Of a DNA stretch of 64,000 nucleotides, positions 38,701-51,800 are shown one piece after another (positions within the stretch are counted from its first letter, which is position 1; every line of letters begins with the position of its first letter). Origin of the DNA: Moniliella sp. 'wahieum' (lineage: Eukaryota). The stretch spans positions 682,001 through 746,000 of the forward strand of contig RSEE01000003.1 in NCBI GenBank assembly GCA_003971905.1, given 5' to 3'. Below the pieces are notes generated by a model. The model was given only the letters and a program-made list of their open reading frames with translations, did no database searches and had not been told where the DNA came from. A program made the position numbers and the translations under genes.

Positions 38701-41081
38701 TGATGCAGGTGATGGCGCCACGTTTGGTAGCCCAGTTGACTGACTCGGAGCTGCGGATGGGACTCGAAGTGTTGACCGAGTACATGGCCCAGCATGACGA
38801 TTCAGCTGTCGCACTTTCCGCCGTGGCCGGAGTCGAGGGCGTGGTGGCGGATCTGGACCGCCGTGCGGCGCATACGGCTGCGCCTCAGAGCAGCATGTGG
38901 ACCCATCTCTTCTCGCTTCTCGCGTCATCACCTGCCGTCGATGACCGCCCTGATATTCGCGCGGCAAGCATTAGTACTGCGTTCCAGATCCTGACTACCT
39001 ACGGTGCTTCATTCGCCCCTGCCCTGTGGCAGGAACTCCTACTCTCGATTCTCTTCCCCCTTTTGGGCACCCTGCGAGAGCGGCAACTGACTGCACTCAC
39101 CAGGTGCGGCAGCAGCTTGACACGTCGCGGGAAAAGTCGCGGCGAGGGCGGACTTCAAGCGTGTCGGGTGAGGCGGAGTGGTCACACAAGCTCTGGCCGA
39201 GGCGCGGGAGAGTGCCCAAGCGGCTGTAGCGACACGAGCCCTGGCTCTCCAAGCACTGGGCAAGCTGCTATCTGAAGTGGTATGGACTCTGATCCTTTCC
39301 GCCCCGGCCTTCAGCACGATCTGGGCAGAGCTGCTGCAGCTGATTGATGCAGCCGTACGAGAGGGCCCTGCAGGTGGCCCAGGCGGCTCTTGACGCATTG
39401 GTTCGTGTTGTGGAGGCCGAGCACAGCCCGTCCTGGGAGGCGGAGGAGGAGAAGCAAAGCTTCTTTACGGCTCAACAGGCTGCTTGGGCGTTGCCTCGTT
39501 AATGAGAGACTTGCGGATGCCACTCGGCCGAACGCCTGTGACGCTCACTCACCACGCAGGACAACCTTCTCTCTGTCGTGCGTGCTGTGGGGCATATTAC
39601 ACCCATACTCGGTCGTTCTTTGACCTGGACCGGCTCCGTGCGCTCTTTGACAGTCTGGATGCTGTTCTTCTCTTCAGCCCGCCCGACGTGAACGCAAGTT
39701 TCTCCAGCTGGCGCAGGCGATATGGATGCGCTGTCGCCGCTCCAGGCAGCGGTGCGCACACTGGTCCTCAAACTCGATACGTCCGTCGCTGGTGCCAAGG
39801 CATTGCGCCTAGAGCAGCTGGCTCACTTGGTCTCCCTTGCCTTCCTCCCCGACCTCGGGCCCTTTTCCTACGTGGCGTTGTCCAAGACGTGCCTGAGTGA
39901 CATCCAAGCCCTCTTTCTTGAGTTGCACCGTGTGCCCGAGATATACACCCAGCGGGCCCTCCTTACTGTGCTCGAGACGCTTGCTGTACCGATCCAACGG
40001 CGGTACCGTTGCCCACCAGCGAGCTCGAGTGGTGCGGAACGCCCATTGTGGAAGGAGGCCCTCGTAGTAGCGTGCTATATCTTGCGTCTCGCTATTCCGG
40101 CCTTGGAGGAGCTCGAGCTGGGCGACACGGTGCCGGCGGTATGGGACACAATTGTGATGCTGCTGGAGCGGGCGTTGGAACCCAACTTGGATCAAGAGCG
40201 CCAGACATGCTCAGCTTGGATGCGAACGTGCATGAACACCTGCACGATGACCAGGTGTTGATCTTGTGCTTCTCTCGACGATTGAACGGTGGTGCTGGAT
40301 GCGATTGGCCGCGAGGCAGTCCCAACCGAGACGATTGAGCGGTTTGGCAAGGCGCTGGTGCGGGCCAGTCGCTTGTACCTCCGCGCCGAGCACGATGAAG
40401 AGTGGGACGACCTTGCAACGATTTGGCACACGGAACGCTCGATCCGATCCAGCTCGAGCCCCGGGAACTGACGGCGTACTGGGTGTTGGAATGCTGTTCC
40501 TGGCTTCTAGCACCGGGGGCACGGTACCTGTCCGCCAAGCTGAGCCTTCAGGAGGGGGTACGGCCGCCGCCCGCGCCCGCGTGAGCTTGCATGTGCTCCC
40601 ATTGTTGCTGGAGCGGTGCCAGACAACGTTGCGTGCGTACGAGGCGGATGCCCGCCTGGTCGGACCAGCGCTGCCCTTCGTGCGTGTACGGACCGAGGAA
40701 GTCAACTACCTCCTGGCCCAGCTGGGAGAGATGCACACTGCCCCCGAGGCTGTCGCGCGATTTGCTGCTCTCCCCACGGGAGTCGAGTCGCCGCGCAGTC
40801 ACTTGCTCGCCTTGTATGGCGTTTTGCTCGCGCTTGCGTGTCGTGCCCCTCCCCTTGCCCAAACCGCCGATCTGCGCGCTACGTATTCTGTTCCAGGGGA
40901 AGGACTAACGGCGGTGGGCACCTCGGTCCCCGTGCCACCTCCGACGTTGCCTCCCGATCTACCCTCTGCACTTTTCCATCTCGGTCGGGTCGGACCCGTG
41001 CGGCCCTTGGGCATGGCCCGCCCCGAGTTGCTGGCGCACAAATGTCTTGTGCTTGTCGGTCGTGTGCTGGGCTTGCCTTGA
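35730..41081 (+). CDS. MON2: Mon2 (Arf-GEF-like endosome/Golgi trafficking scaffold)
   Basis: N-terminus 'LVADLAVLASETKRRHPDVRHA', 'VDAQLKLLQT', 'VSSTAAATLR', 'PCSMDAYLV..DL', 'WQRVLALEVLR', 'LDQLDKSDAP', C-terminal 'LPFVRVRTEEV'. Intron 36304-36360; multiple indels. Confidence 0.9.
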
Positions 41082-41423
41082 TTTGAATATGGATACCTCT
41101 TTGCATTCACCTTTCGCTTTCGTTTGGCCTCTTGCCGCATCTGTCTGAGGGCGTACCGTATCGGGCACACCGCAGATGGGGGGCGCCCATGCGGTAACAT
41201 AACTTCTACACATCAAACCAGAGTCATACATAGCCATGGGGCATCACGATTGTTTGAGTGTCACATGCCAACCCCCGGAATCAGGGGGGTAAACGGAGGT
41301 GAAGTAGGAGCGAGCATGACGACCACGAGGTAGCAACAGAGACGCCCTGCGCACCGACACGACAATGTGACGCAACAAGCCAATAGTGTCATTTTGGTAA
41401 CAGGGTAGGCGGTTCCCTCCCGC

Positions 41424-42201
41424 TTACACGCTGGCCAGAGGGGTGGGCTCAACAAACTCGGCGCTCTTAACCTTGGCACCCAAGTCCTCAGCACCCACCA
41501 CGTTGGCCGCACCACCGTGAAGCTCAACCAGACGCGACACGTCAAACTTGGGCTTCTTGATGATCTTGACCTTGTGAACGAAAACGTCCTTGAGCGGGTA
41601 AATGCCACGGGTGGACTTCTCAATTTCCCGGCCAATCACCTCCGGAATCAGCTTCTGAACCAGCTCCTTAATGTCGCACGTCTCAATCTCGCGCTTGATG
41701 ATCTGGAACATCTTTTGCCGGATCGCGCGCACCTGGGCCGACTGGGCATAGGTCGTCTTGGACACTGTTGGAGCGGCGCTTGGTAAAGGCAATCACAAAC
41801 AGACGCACAACGTAGCCGTCAGTCAGCTTGACGTCCTGGTGAGCCTCAATCGTCGTCTGCCACTTGCGAACCAGCGAACGGATCTTGTCCGTGGTGAAGT
41901 TCATCGAGTGGAAGTTGGTCAGGCAAGAGCGGCCCTGGACCTCATCCACAACGCAGAGAACTTGCGGAACGACTGCTCCTCGTCCTTGTTCAAGTCGGCC
42001 AGCGAAGCTTCGACAATGCGGCCTTGAGCGAGTCGTTGGCGTTGACCAGACCTTGGGACTTGTTGACAATCGTCTTGCCCACAGTGCGGTTGTCAAAGAA
42101 GGTAGGAGCCCGAATGTCATGCCACACCTTGCGCGACATGGGGTCCACCGTCTTCTTCTTCATGCCCTTCTTGCGAGCTTCTTGTTCTTGCCGATCGCCA
42201 T
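41424..42201 (-). CDS. RPS1: 40S ribosomal protein eS1 (S1/S3a)
   Basis: '[20 protein letters not shown]', '[24 protein letters not shown]', '[14 protein letters not shown]', 'IYPL..VFVHKVK'. About 3 indels. Confidence 0.96.
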
Positions 42202-42278
42202 CTTGGGTACGGGGCTTGCTGGCGACGAGAGCCACGAGCGAGAGGCGGGCAGCAAGCGAAGTGGATGCAGACGCCAGA

Positions 42279-42305
42279 CAACCCTACTATCGGGACGTAG
42301 GGTTG
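42279..42305. promoter_or_regulatory. Inverted pair CAACCCTAC-N9-GTAGGGTTG upstream of RPS1 (Homol-E/telobox-like)
   Basis: Perfect 9-bp inverted repeat 78-104 bp upstream of the RPS1 ATG. TAGGGTT also lies upstream of RPS17. Confidence 0.5.
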
Positions 42306-42935
42306 AGGTAGCACCCCGCAGCAGGAGGCGCACGGCCAGTGTCATTCCCGTCGAAATGCCGCAGCATTCTATTCCGCCGGGCCTACGTGGGCCGCCGTGC
42401 AAATTGAAAGATTGTCATGTTTGATTGGACCGCACCTGAAACGTTCGGGTGGGGTTGGGAGCAGCGGGGCTCCAGCGTTTGTCTTTGTCGACAGCCGAGA
42501 TCAACTCAACTCAACGTTCACCAGCTGGAGCTGGCGGGACGCAGCACCGCTCGGGCGCTGGCGAAGCAGGATATATGATGGCTGGCCAAGCGGCTGTCGA
42601 ATCCACCCACACCACATGCCCGTGGAGGGGGGCGTGGTTGGAGTGTATGACAGCCCTGTTTCTTATCCCTTGCCGACGTGGCCATCGATCGTATTGATCC
42701 AGATGGCCGATGGTAGTACAGATGATGCTGATGATGGATTGGCGAATCGAGTGCTCGTCAGGCATGCTTACTGCGAGAGGACTTCGATTCCGCATTGCAT
42801 TGGGATGGCAACAATGGATGCAGTGGGGAACATTGCAAATATGAGGCCAAAGAATGGCGTTGGACGCTACGTGTGTGTTAGTGTTAGCCCCGCCTCCCCA
42901 CCGGCACAACCGCATACAAGTCCTTCCTCCCCTTT

Positions 42936-45900
42936 TCACCCCTCGGCACTTGAAGCACTTGGTGCTTGAGGACAGGGCGCGTGCGCACGTGCGGATGGCG
43001 GGGGGGGGGGGGCGAACGAGTCTAGGTCGTCTAGGCTAGGCGGCTCGGGGAAGGTCAAGTTATCAAACTGATCAAAGTCCAAAGGTAGCGCATCCTGCAA
43101 CTCGGCCGTTTCCTCGGCGGTCCCGGCAGCTTGCCCCTCCCCCACGGACTCCTGGGGCATAGAAACGTTTGCAGGTGGCAATGGCGCCAACGTCGAGGCA
43201 AGTGGGGATCCAACGGCAGGGGGGTGGGCCAACGGCGTGGCGGTGGACAATGCCTTTGTCGTGCGCAACGTGGATCGAATGGGCGAAGTGGCGCGGCTGT
43301 GCGCGATCCGGCGCACGGGAGACCCAGCACGCGAATGCGCAGGAGAAGGGGCCGGACTGCCATCGGCACCGGTGCGCGCGTGCCGCTTGGAACTTCGGGA
43401 TCGGAAAGGCGAGTTGGCGCCGGATCCGGAGCCAGAGCCGGATCCTGAACCTGGACCTGAACCTGAACTTGGGGTGGAAGGCCCAGCGGCCTTGCGCGCC
43501 TTGAGCTTAGCACGGAGAAACACAACGAGGGTGGATTGTAATCGTTGAAGTGCTTCTTGAATCCCAGCTCGCTCTAAGTTTTCGATCTCCGCTGAGGAAA
43601 GCGTACCAAACACGTCGGGGTGCAAATAGAGCGCCCGCCGTGGTGAACGATCGGAGGGCCATCCAGCAGCGATTCGATCGGACCCGGAAGGGACGCAGCC
43701 GGGTCAGCTTCCGCTGGTGCTGGCGCAACAATGATCTTGATGGGAGGACCTGGAGCACTTGCTGTACTTGCTGTACTTGCTGTACTGCTTGCTGCGCTTG
43801 CTGCTTGTTGCGCTTGTTGTACTTGTTGTGCTTGCCAAAGGGAACCTGGGCGATTGAGAAGACCGTTTGCTCGTGCCGGGAGAGGCACGGGTAGCTGGCG
43901 AACGTCGAGACGCCCGTGGCGGGGTAGGGGATACATGCGACCCAGTTGCACCCGGTGCTGGTGGGGCGTAAGGGAACATGGGAGGAACCATGGCAAAGGG
44001 TGCAGACCAGGGTATCCGGGAGAAAATGGCGGCATAAATGAAGTTGCACCCCCGGGGTACAGACCTGGGAGCATACCGGGCAGGACCCCCGGCATTCCCA
44101 GCGGACCCAACGAGGGAAACTAGGTGGGTACCCGAGTGTGGCTGGGGGGTATGGCACAGCCGCCGTGTCGAGGCAGAGGAGAAGGGAGGAGGTGGAGGCA
44201 CCATGGATGGCATGGTAGTACGCCAACGCCGCGGATTGGAAGCGGGAGGAGGCGCAAACGATGGACTGGGCTTTGCACTGCTCTTGCTTTTGGCTGGACC
44301 GAAACTGTCGGGGACGCTTTAGAGACGAGAGCTGGGTCAAATCCATCACCACTGGAGCCCTGGTAACAGGAGAATTGTCTTTCGCAGGACCATGACCACC
44401 CAATTCCGGTAACGGTGATGGTACCGGGGGCGGAGGTACCTCGACAGGCGGGGACGGGCACGTGGGGACAGGAGGGGGTGGGGGCACCGAAACAGCTTCT
44501 TCTGCTGCCCCTGAAGCTTACCAGAAGTGACTGCAGGAGGCTCAGGCACGTCTGTGGCAAGTCCAGGATCGGGCACGGCAGGGGGAGGGGGGCACGCACC
44601 CCCTTCTTCATGGGATGGGGTGCGCTCCGGTGTGGTGCCGAGGCAGTGCTTGAAGGAACAGGCGAAAGCTGTCCCAACTTGTTCTGGCAGGTTCCCTGGG
44701 CTTCAGCCGTGTCCTGCAACGGCACATCCACGGTCCCAGGTGAGGGCGCGTTGGGAGTGGAGGACTGGTCGGTTGCATGGGTGGGCTCGGGCGAAACGGC
44801 AGGCTTGGGCGTTGGCGAAGTAGACAGCGCGGGGAAGATTTGGAAAATGTCAGAATCCGTGAGGCCGGCAGCGGAAGAGGTGTGGGAGCCAAAGGCTTCC
44901 AGACCCAAGGTAGACATGCGGCGTTCGACTGGGTCGACATTAAGACCTTGCCCATTTCCGGCGCCGGCAGGGCAAGGGGGAAAGAGGAAGGGGGTCCTGT
45001 GGCAGCAGCGCAGCTGCTGCTGCTTGCAAAAATTGATGGGCAGTCTCTGCGGCCCCAAATTCGGCTTCGTCCGAGTCGTTGCCGCCGCCAAACAGGTCCG
45101 AGTCGTCCGATCCAGGACTGCCCTTCCGTTTCCTAGACATACCGGCACCCACAGCATTAACAGCTTGGATCAGTTCCTTGGCCACAGTGGGCGAGAGCGT
45201 GGAAGGCAGTTCGGATGGGGAGGGGTGCTCGGTCCCCATTAAAAGTCCGAGCATAGGGTCTTCCGACTTGGTATGTTGAAGCCCAGGTGCGTCGGCATCG
45301 GAGGGGACATGGAGCTCCAGACATTGGCTCAGGATCTGGATCGTAGAGATGGATCTGGCAAAGGAACTTTGATCAGCATTCACATTCGCAGCCTTATGGT
45401 ATGCATGAGAAGGCCAAGGCGTACCCGTATTCCAGCGGTACCGTTTCTCCCGCTTCGCATGGCCGGCCATTCAGACGGAGGCCGTGCTTGCCATGCACTC
45501 GGAGGCAGGGGGGACGGAGTTGCAGATCGATGGTTGCATGGGGCCGACTGATGTCTGTTCCAGGCCCCAATTCGACTAGTGCTGAGGCCGGGTGGAGAGC
45601 TGGCGACATGGGGCTCCGGCCAAGAACAAGGGATGCTGCATGGACTGAGAGGCAGGTAGCACCGGCCCTGATCTGGACATATTGCAGGTCCTGCACCGGA
45701 GTTGGTTCCGACGAGACCAGCAGGCCTTCTTGCGGGACAAGGCTCACCGATACAGGCGACTGCTCCCCCATTTCCTCGTCCAGCTCATCGTCGGTTGGGT
45801 CACCTAGGTCATGCGCAGGAAGGAAAGAGGCAGGCATCGCACCGGTCGAGGAAGATGCAAAGAGAGCCAGGAGTTGGTCGTGGACTGCACTTCCGGGGAG

Positions 45901-46120
45901 CATGCTGGCCACGGCCGGGGACACATGGTTTCCCGACTCAGATGGTGAGCTATGGCCAGAATGATGCAAGCCACCTGGAAAGAGGGCGGCGAATTCGGGC
46001 GGCAACGAGTGGAGCGGAGGCGGGGCGGCCCAGGCATAGGCTCTGACTCGGACATGAGAGATGGCGGGGACGGCGTGAGGCGGGATGGGGCGGCGAGGGA
46101 GGAGGAGGGGCGCTGGACAT
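42936..46120 (-). CDS. FHA-domain protein, Fhl1-like
   Basis: FHA motifs 'SLVLGR..VELGPGTDISRPHATI..LRVHGKHGLRLNG' at ~45400-45640. Long low-complexity middle. C-terminal block 'GPPIVHH..LHPDVFGTLS..EIENLE..QEALQRLQ'. Many indels. Confidence 0.7.
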
Positions 46121-47070
46121 GGCAGTTGGTGCGCTGGGCTTAGAGGGTGGTGCGCATCGTGGCCAGGCGAGGGTCGGAGGGACAGACGAGCAGGAGGCAG
46201 GACAGGATTGTTTTGGTTTTAACGAGCGGCTGCGTTTCTCTGCGTCCAGAAAATATTTTTTTCTGCCCAGCGCCTCCGTGCCTTCCCTCACCGGTCACCG
46301 GTCACCCCTTACCTAAGGCACCGCCATTGCAATGCTGAAACTTTGCCTGCTGGGCCATGCCTGGACCAACGCGGGAGGGTTGCACGTTCCCTGTCCCAAC
46401 ACCAACACCACTCCCACTCCAAGCGCGGCATCGCGTCGGACGATCTCTGCCGCATGGTGGTGCTGCCCTCGGTACCAGAACTATCATCCGCACCGCCATC
46501 ACCATCCATCCCAGTTGGCCACACGAACCTCCTCGTTGGTATGGGCCATCCACGCACCGTTTTCGACCACAACAGCCTCTCTGCTGCTGTATCCACCGAG
46601 CCTATAGTGCACGCGGTTGAGGCAGTCAGCGGTGAGAAGCTGCTATGACGGTGTGGGTAGTGGAGGCGGTAGTGACCGAAGTGGGGGATATAGGTTCCAG
46701 GAAACGTTGTTGCGAGTTCTGTCGAATTGCAGCTGAATTGCAGCTGGGGGGTGCCATTAACGTTTAACGTTTAACCATCATTGCGCTGATGAGATCGATG
46801 AGACACAGGCCAACCGTAGAATTGGAGATTAACTTTTGTGGGCGGGGAAGCATGTAGTCAGGAAGCGCTAATAAGCTACCCCTCCATGATTTCGTCAACA
46901 AGTTGCTAAGCTGCATGTTTCGCATGCTCGAAACTCCTAACTAGTGCGGTGCTAACACCATCCTATAATACAACACAGCTGTTTTGGTACACATGCGATC
47001 TTTTCCAGGGCATTTCCCATGCTTTCAAGAAGATTCAATCGCCAATCTCTCACCCTCGGTGTACTTCGTA

Positions 47071-47295
47071 TGTGGGGAAGGAGCAATCGATGTCTGTCTC
47101 GTTCTGTAGTCTGTATAGTGCATCCCATATGCTTTTGAAGCTTTACTACCAGTGTGTGTTCCTCCGTATCGGTCTTGCTTCTCAAACCCTCTCTGCGTAC
47201 CACTGCTTCCCTATCTATCCCGTGTTCCGGATTTGCATCTTTCCTATACGACTCTCAGGGCTATAGTCGATAACTCGTGGACTCTTCCACCATCA
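47071..47295. mobile_element. Candidate solo LTR (second family)
   Basis: Starts TGTGGGGAAG, ends CTTCCACCATCA, and is flanked by the identical 5-mer TCGTA (47066-70 and 47296-300). Confidence 0.6.
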
Positions 47296-47939
47296 TCGTA
47301 TATCCTCTCTCCTCTTAGGCTTTATGTCTTACGACCGAAGGTACTGAAGAGCTTTTATGAGCACAAAAAGTAGGCCATAGCGGACCCATAGCTACCAGTA
47401 GCTCTCCCAAATATATCGTCTTCGTTGCCTGGTCTGCGACTTGTGACTCGAACCGCTAGCTCTATTAGGTTCATCACATTAGTAATAGACGTTGGGTCCA
47501 GGCGGCCTGACCCAACCAGAAGATGCTGAAGATTGCTTGCTTGACCTTGGACCTTAGATCTTAAGCTTGTGGGAGGCGAACAAGGCAGGGAAGGAAGTGG
47601 AGGTGAAGCAATCCGGCGAAGGCAGCCTGGAGGCGCAACAAGGAGGGGCGGAACAGAGGCGGAACGGGGCCGTGGCGCACAAGGCTCTTAAATCGACCGA
47701 ACATCGATCTCAAGCTTCAAGGAGCCACAGCATGCAGCAGAGCTGTCTCTCTCTTGGACAAGAGTGGGCGTTTGAAATTGGGCACCACCTTCGAGCTTCC
47801 AATTTCCGCGTCAAGCCCTGAAAAGCCTCAGGCTTTGCATGCTTTGCAGGCTTTGCAGGCTTTGCAGGCTTAGCCACTGCTTCGCGCGGCTTCCAGAGAT
47901 TCTTCCCAACCTCGCCGAAGATAAGATGGTCCCGCGTGA

Positions 47940-49290
47940 GCCTGACCGGTGACCGTCCATGGCCACCGATCATCGATCATCGACGATGATTTCGATCGAA
48001 CACGAGCGCACGAGCTGCGCCATCGTCTTAGCTCTAGCTCTTACTGGATGCAGAGGTTCAGGAGCAAGTGCAACACAAGCAACACCCAGCCCAGTCTTGG
48101 ATTCCCTGCCGATCGCGCTTTTGTCCCACTCTCGCCCCCCACCGCCACCGGCCACCGGCCACCGCCCCACCCCAGCCCCACGTCTCCGAGTCCCCGAGTC
48201 CTCCAGTCCTCCGAAAGCTGCCAGTCCAGTCGAGTCTACGTAGCGCGTATAGACCCCGTCGCAGACGATCGATGATCGATGATCGATCATGGCAACTGAC
48301 ACGCGACACGCGACATGTGACATGCAACGTGCAAGAAGGGGCACGTGACGTGTGACATGTGACCGATGATCGATGATCGATCATGTGATCGGGGGCCATG
48401 CACCATGTGCTTGCACCGCACCCTGCTTTAAAATGGCCGCGGCCGCTCCAACCTTCCAGGCCGCTCCTGCTCCTCCGCTCACGCTCTCGAGCAGCGCTCA
48501 GCCGGAGGGCGCACGCTCAGGCGCTCAGGCTGCTCTCAGATCAGGCTGTGCCTTCAGTCCAGCTGGAGACTGCTGGCGACGGCCGCACGCCTGTGGCTGT
48601 GACATTGTGAGCGCGCTGAGCCCAAGCTCAGCTCTTTCTCAACTCTGAGAAGATCTGAGATCTGAAATCTGAGATCTGAGATAATACAGGCGGCACGGGG
48701 CCAGTGGTGGTTAGGCCTTAGGGCTCGTCGCAGGCTGTCGCCACCGCCACGACAGTTCAATTCACCCACATGTGCGGGGTTGGTCTCGATGGGCGGAGGA
48801 AGGTCGGAGGAGAGTGTAGTGCGGTGCGATCCAAGCGGAGGAAGCTTCACTTGAAGCTTGAAGGTGACACAAGGCGATGCAAAAGCCGATACAAAAGGCA
48901 AGATGCACTGCCCGCGCTCACCGCACTGCCCGCTCGCAGCGCTCTGAGTACTATGGATATAAGAATCCTGGGTACCTAGCTAACTGGTAAAACTGCGCCC
49001 TGGTGCTCCATCGGGGTGCAGGAGGGTGCAGGCGGATGCAGGCGGCAGGACACACGATGCGGTGAGATCTGAGATGTAGGACATTTGACGTGTGACATGT
49101 GACAGGTGACGTGTGACAGGTGGCGTATGTGACGTGTGACATGTGACGTGTGAGATCTGAGATACGATGTGTCGCTGTCGTGCAATGGATGGGATCCAAT
49201 ATCTGTGCACCATGAGACCATCGATCATGCACCATGAGATTCATGAGATTCATGACGCTGAGTACTACTGAGTTACTGAGTACTGATTGG
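47940..49290. repeat. Dense cluster of 7-bp-period TGA-N4 quasi-palindromic arrays
   Basis: Examples: 48346-48383 TGA cgtg TGA catg TGA ccga TGA tcga TGA tcga TCA; ~48650-48683 (TGAGATC)n; 49086-49167. Confidence 0.85.
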
Positions 49291-50087
49291 TGCCTGGGCG
49301 TCAGAAATGGGATGAGTGATGTATGATGTGCCCTGGCAAGCCCTGGGAGGTAGCGCTGTGGTACACGGTGTATTTCATGGCGTCTGGTCTTGTCTGGGTC
49401 TGGTCCAGTGCTGGAGGCCGAGTCGAGTCGCACGGACTCAGACTGAGTCCGCTGAGCGCACGGGCGCTCTGAGTTTGCGCACTGCGACTGTGTGCGAGTC
49501 TCAGTATGGCGCAGACAGAGGGCTGGGGTGCCCGGTACGGCCGGTACCATGTGTCAGTTCATCCATCCCATATTCATCCGTTGGCACTATTGTACTGAAC
49601 CCACGCTACATAGCTCCAGGCTCTTCGACAACCCCTCTCCACGCACGATGGTCTACGATCGATGAATTCGATATCGTAAGGACAAATGAGCAATGATGTT
49701 AATGATGCGTGATGAATGATTGGTGACGCGTGACGCTGTGCCATCGCGCCGAGCTCTCAGCGCGGGGCCGAGGTGCGCAGACCTCGACCGCGATTGCACC
49801 ACAGTTGGGCTAGATACCGGCGAATACCAGAGTCGCTCGCTCTCCTTCCTCCTCTCCATCTCCCCCGTCCTTCCCACCCCTGCGCGGGCTCAGCGCTCAC
49901 CTGGGCGCCCTCCTTCCCCTTGGCGCTGCGCTACGCTACGCTTCGCCCCTCTCCGTTGCAGCCTCGTCCATCGGCTGCCGTTCTGTCCTTCTGTCTTCCC
50001 TCCCCGTACCCCTTGCCACCCATTCTCCCATCGCACCCCACGCCCTTTCATCCTCCTACCCCCTGACCCCCTTACCCCGCACTCACC

Positions 50088-51800
50088 ATGGACATGTCCG
50101 TGTCCATATCCTACAGCCATCCCGCTGCTCGCCTCTCCGTCCCGCTGGCACCTCTACCGCCTGGTCCGACCGCAGCTTCACCAGCACCGCCAGCACAGCA
50201 CTCACGCCTCCCGTAGCTCTACCGTCGAATCCGCCATCACCCTCGACGGACTAGAGCCCAGCAAGGAACAGGATCACGAGCTGGAAGAGGAGCAGGAGGC
50301 ACTCTCTCTCCTCTGCCTTCTGGCCCGGGCCTTACCTGTTTCCCAGCCCCAGTCCCACCCCCACATCCGGCTTCTCCCCCCAACCTGTCCACCCGCAAAT
50401 ACAGTGTCCCACCCTCCGCCGCGCCGGACGCCCTTCCCCGCTCGACCACCCTCGCAATCTCACCATTTTCCCCATCCCCGAGGCCGGCAGGGGCGAGTCG
50501 CCCTTTGTCCCACCCCCGTCCGAATCGCACCCCCTCCACCCGCCCCAACACCGTCTCCTGCGACCGAGCCACTCGGCCTCGTTGCTCAGTACCACCCCGC
50601 GTTCCCGTCATCACCATTCCACTCGAATGGCAGGCGGCGTGGTGGGCCCTCTGCCCCCCGCTCCCGACATGCCACGGTCCCATTCATCCTCGTCCTTGTC
50701 CCCGATGAGTCTGGCTGACCATCTTCTTCAACCCCCGCGCCCGCCTGGTGCCTCCTTGGCCAAGCAGCTGTCGCGCCAAGAAGTATTGGAAAGCATTGAT
50801 TGGCTCCGGGGCGAAGTTCACCTGCTCGGATCCGAGTCCGATGCAGATGAGCGCTCGGAGGGCTCGGAGGACGATGGGGCAATCGTTGGATCGGTTGCAA
50901 GAGCGGTTGCAGGCTCAGTACCGTGGGCGGTCTTCTGCTGGCCTGGGCCAGGATCGACGTTAGGGCCCAGGTCAGGGACAGGACCAAGGTCAGGATTGTC
51001 ATTGGGCGTCCGACCAAGTATGAGTCACGGAAGCCTTCGTCCGACCCGCAACCACCTGCCCCTTGCTCGGCTTACCTGCTTCGTTTTCTTCGCCTTCGTC
51101 CTCTGCGTCTTCGTCTCTGCTTGTCCTTCTTCAGGGACTGCATGAGAGCTGCCGATCCTTCCTCCCCCTGGGTTTCGTGGCCGAGGCGAGGCAGGAGGAA
51201 CGAGGGACGCGTTGCATTCGGACTTGTTGGCCCAATGGCTCCAAGCTTCAGCAGGCGACCATGCGACCGTCTCAGAAGCGCGCCCAGCCGCGCCACCGTC
51301 CGCTCCACCTCCTCCACCCCCTACGTCGACTGTTTTGCCCGCTCGGACCGCATCGGGTAAGATGGTGCCCTCTTATCTCCCCCTTGCTCCCCTCCGTTCC
51401 ATCAGCAAAGAGACCGCTCCTCCCTCTCCTCCCTCTCCTCCCTCTCCTCCCTCTCCCTTCTCTTCTTCTCCCATCGTTCAAAAAGGTATCATGGCTGAGG
51501 GCACACCGCATCCCTCACAACGTTCCTCGCCCTTGCCCAACGATGAAAGGTGCCCAACTTGATGTCGCGGACAGTACGACGGATGCTCTCCTTCGAAAGG
51601 AGGTTACACCTGGACCTGCGCCTGTCCCGGCGTCTGCACCTGCGTTGACCCCTGGACCCACTGTCCAGCCCCAACACGGTTGTCTGCCCAACCACCACCA
51701 TCATCCACTATGGCGCTGAGGCCCCCCACCTCCGCCACCGCGCAAGCGAATCGTTCCTTTGGCGGGACCACGAGGCTCTTCGGTTGCGCGCGCCCTTTTC
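50088..51800 (+). CDS. Hypothetical Pro/Ser-rich low-complexity protein (frameshifted; end uncertain)
   Basis: ATG in CACCATGG context. Overlapping Pro/Ser-rich ORFs and one helical-looking segment 'LAKQLSRQEVLESIDWLRGEVHLL'. Confidence 0.35.
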
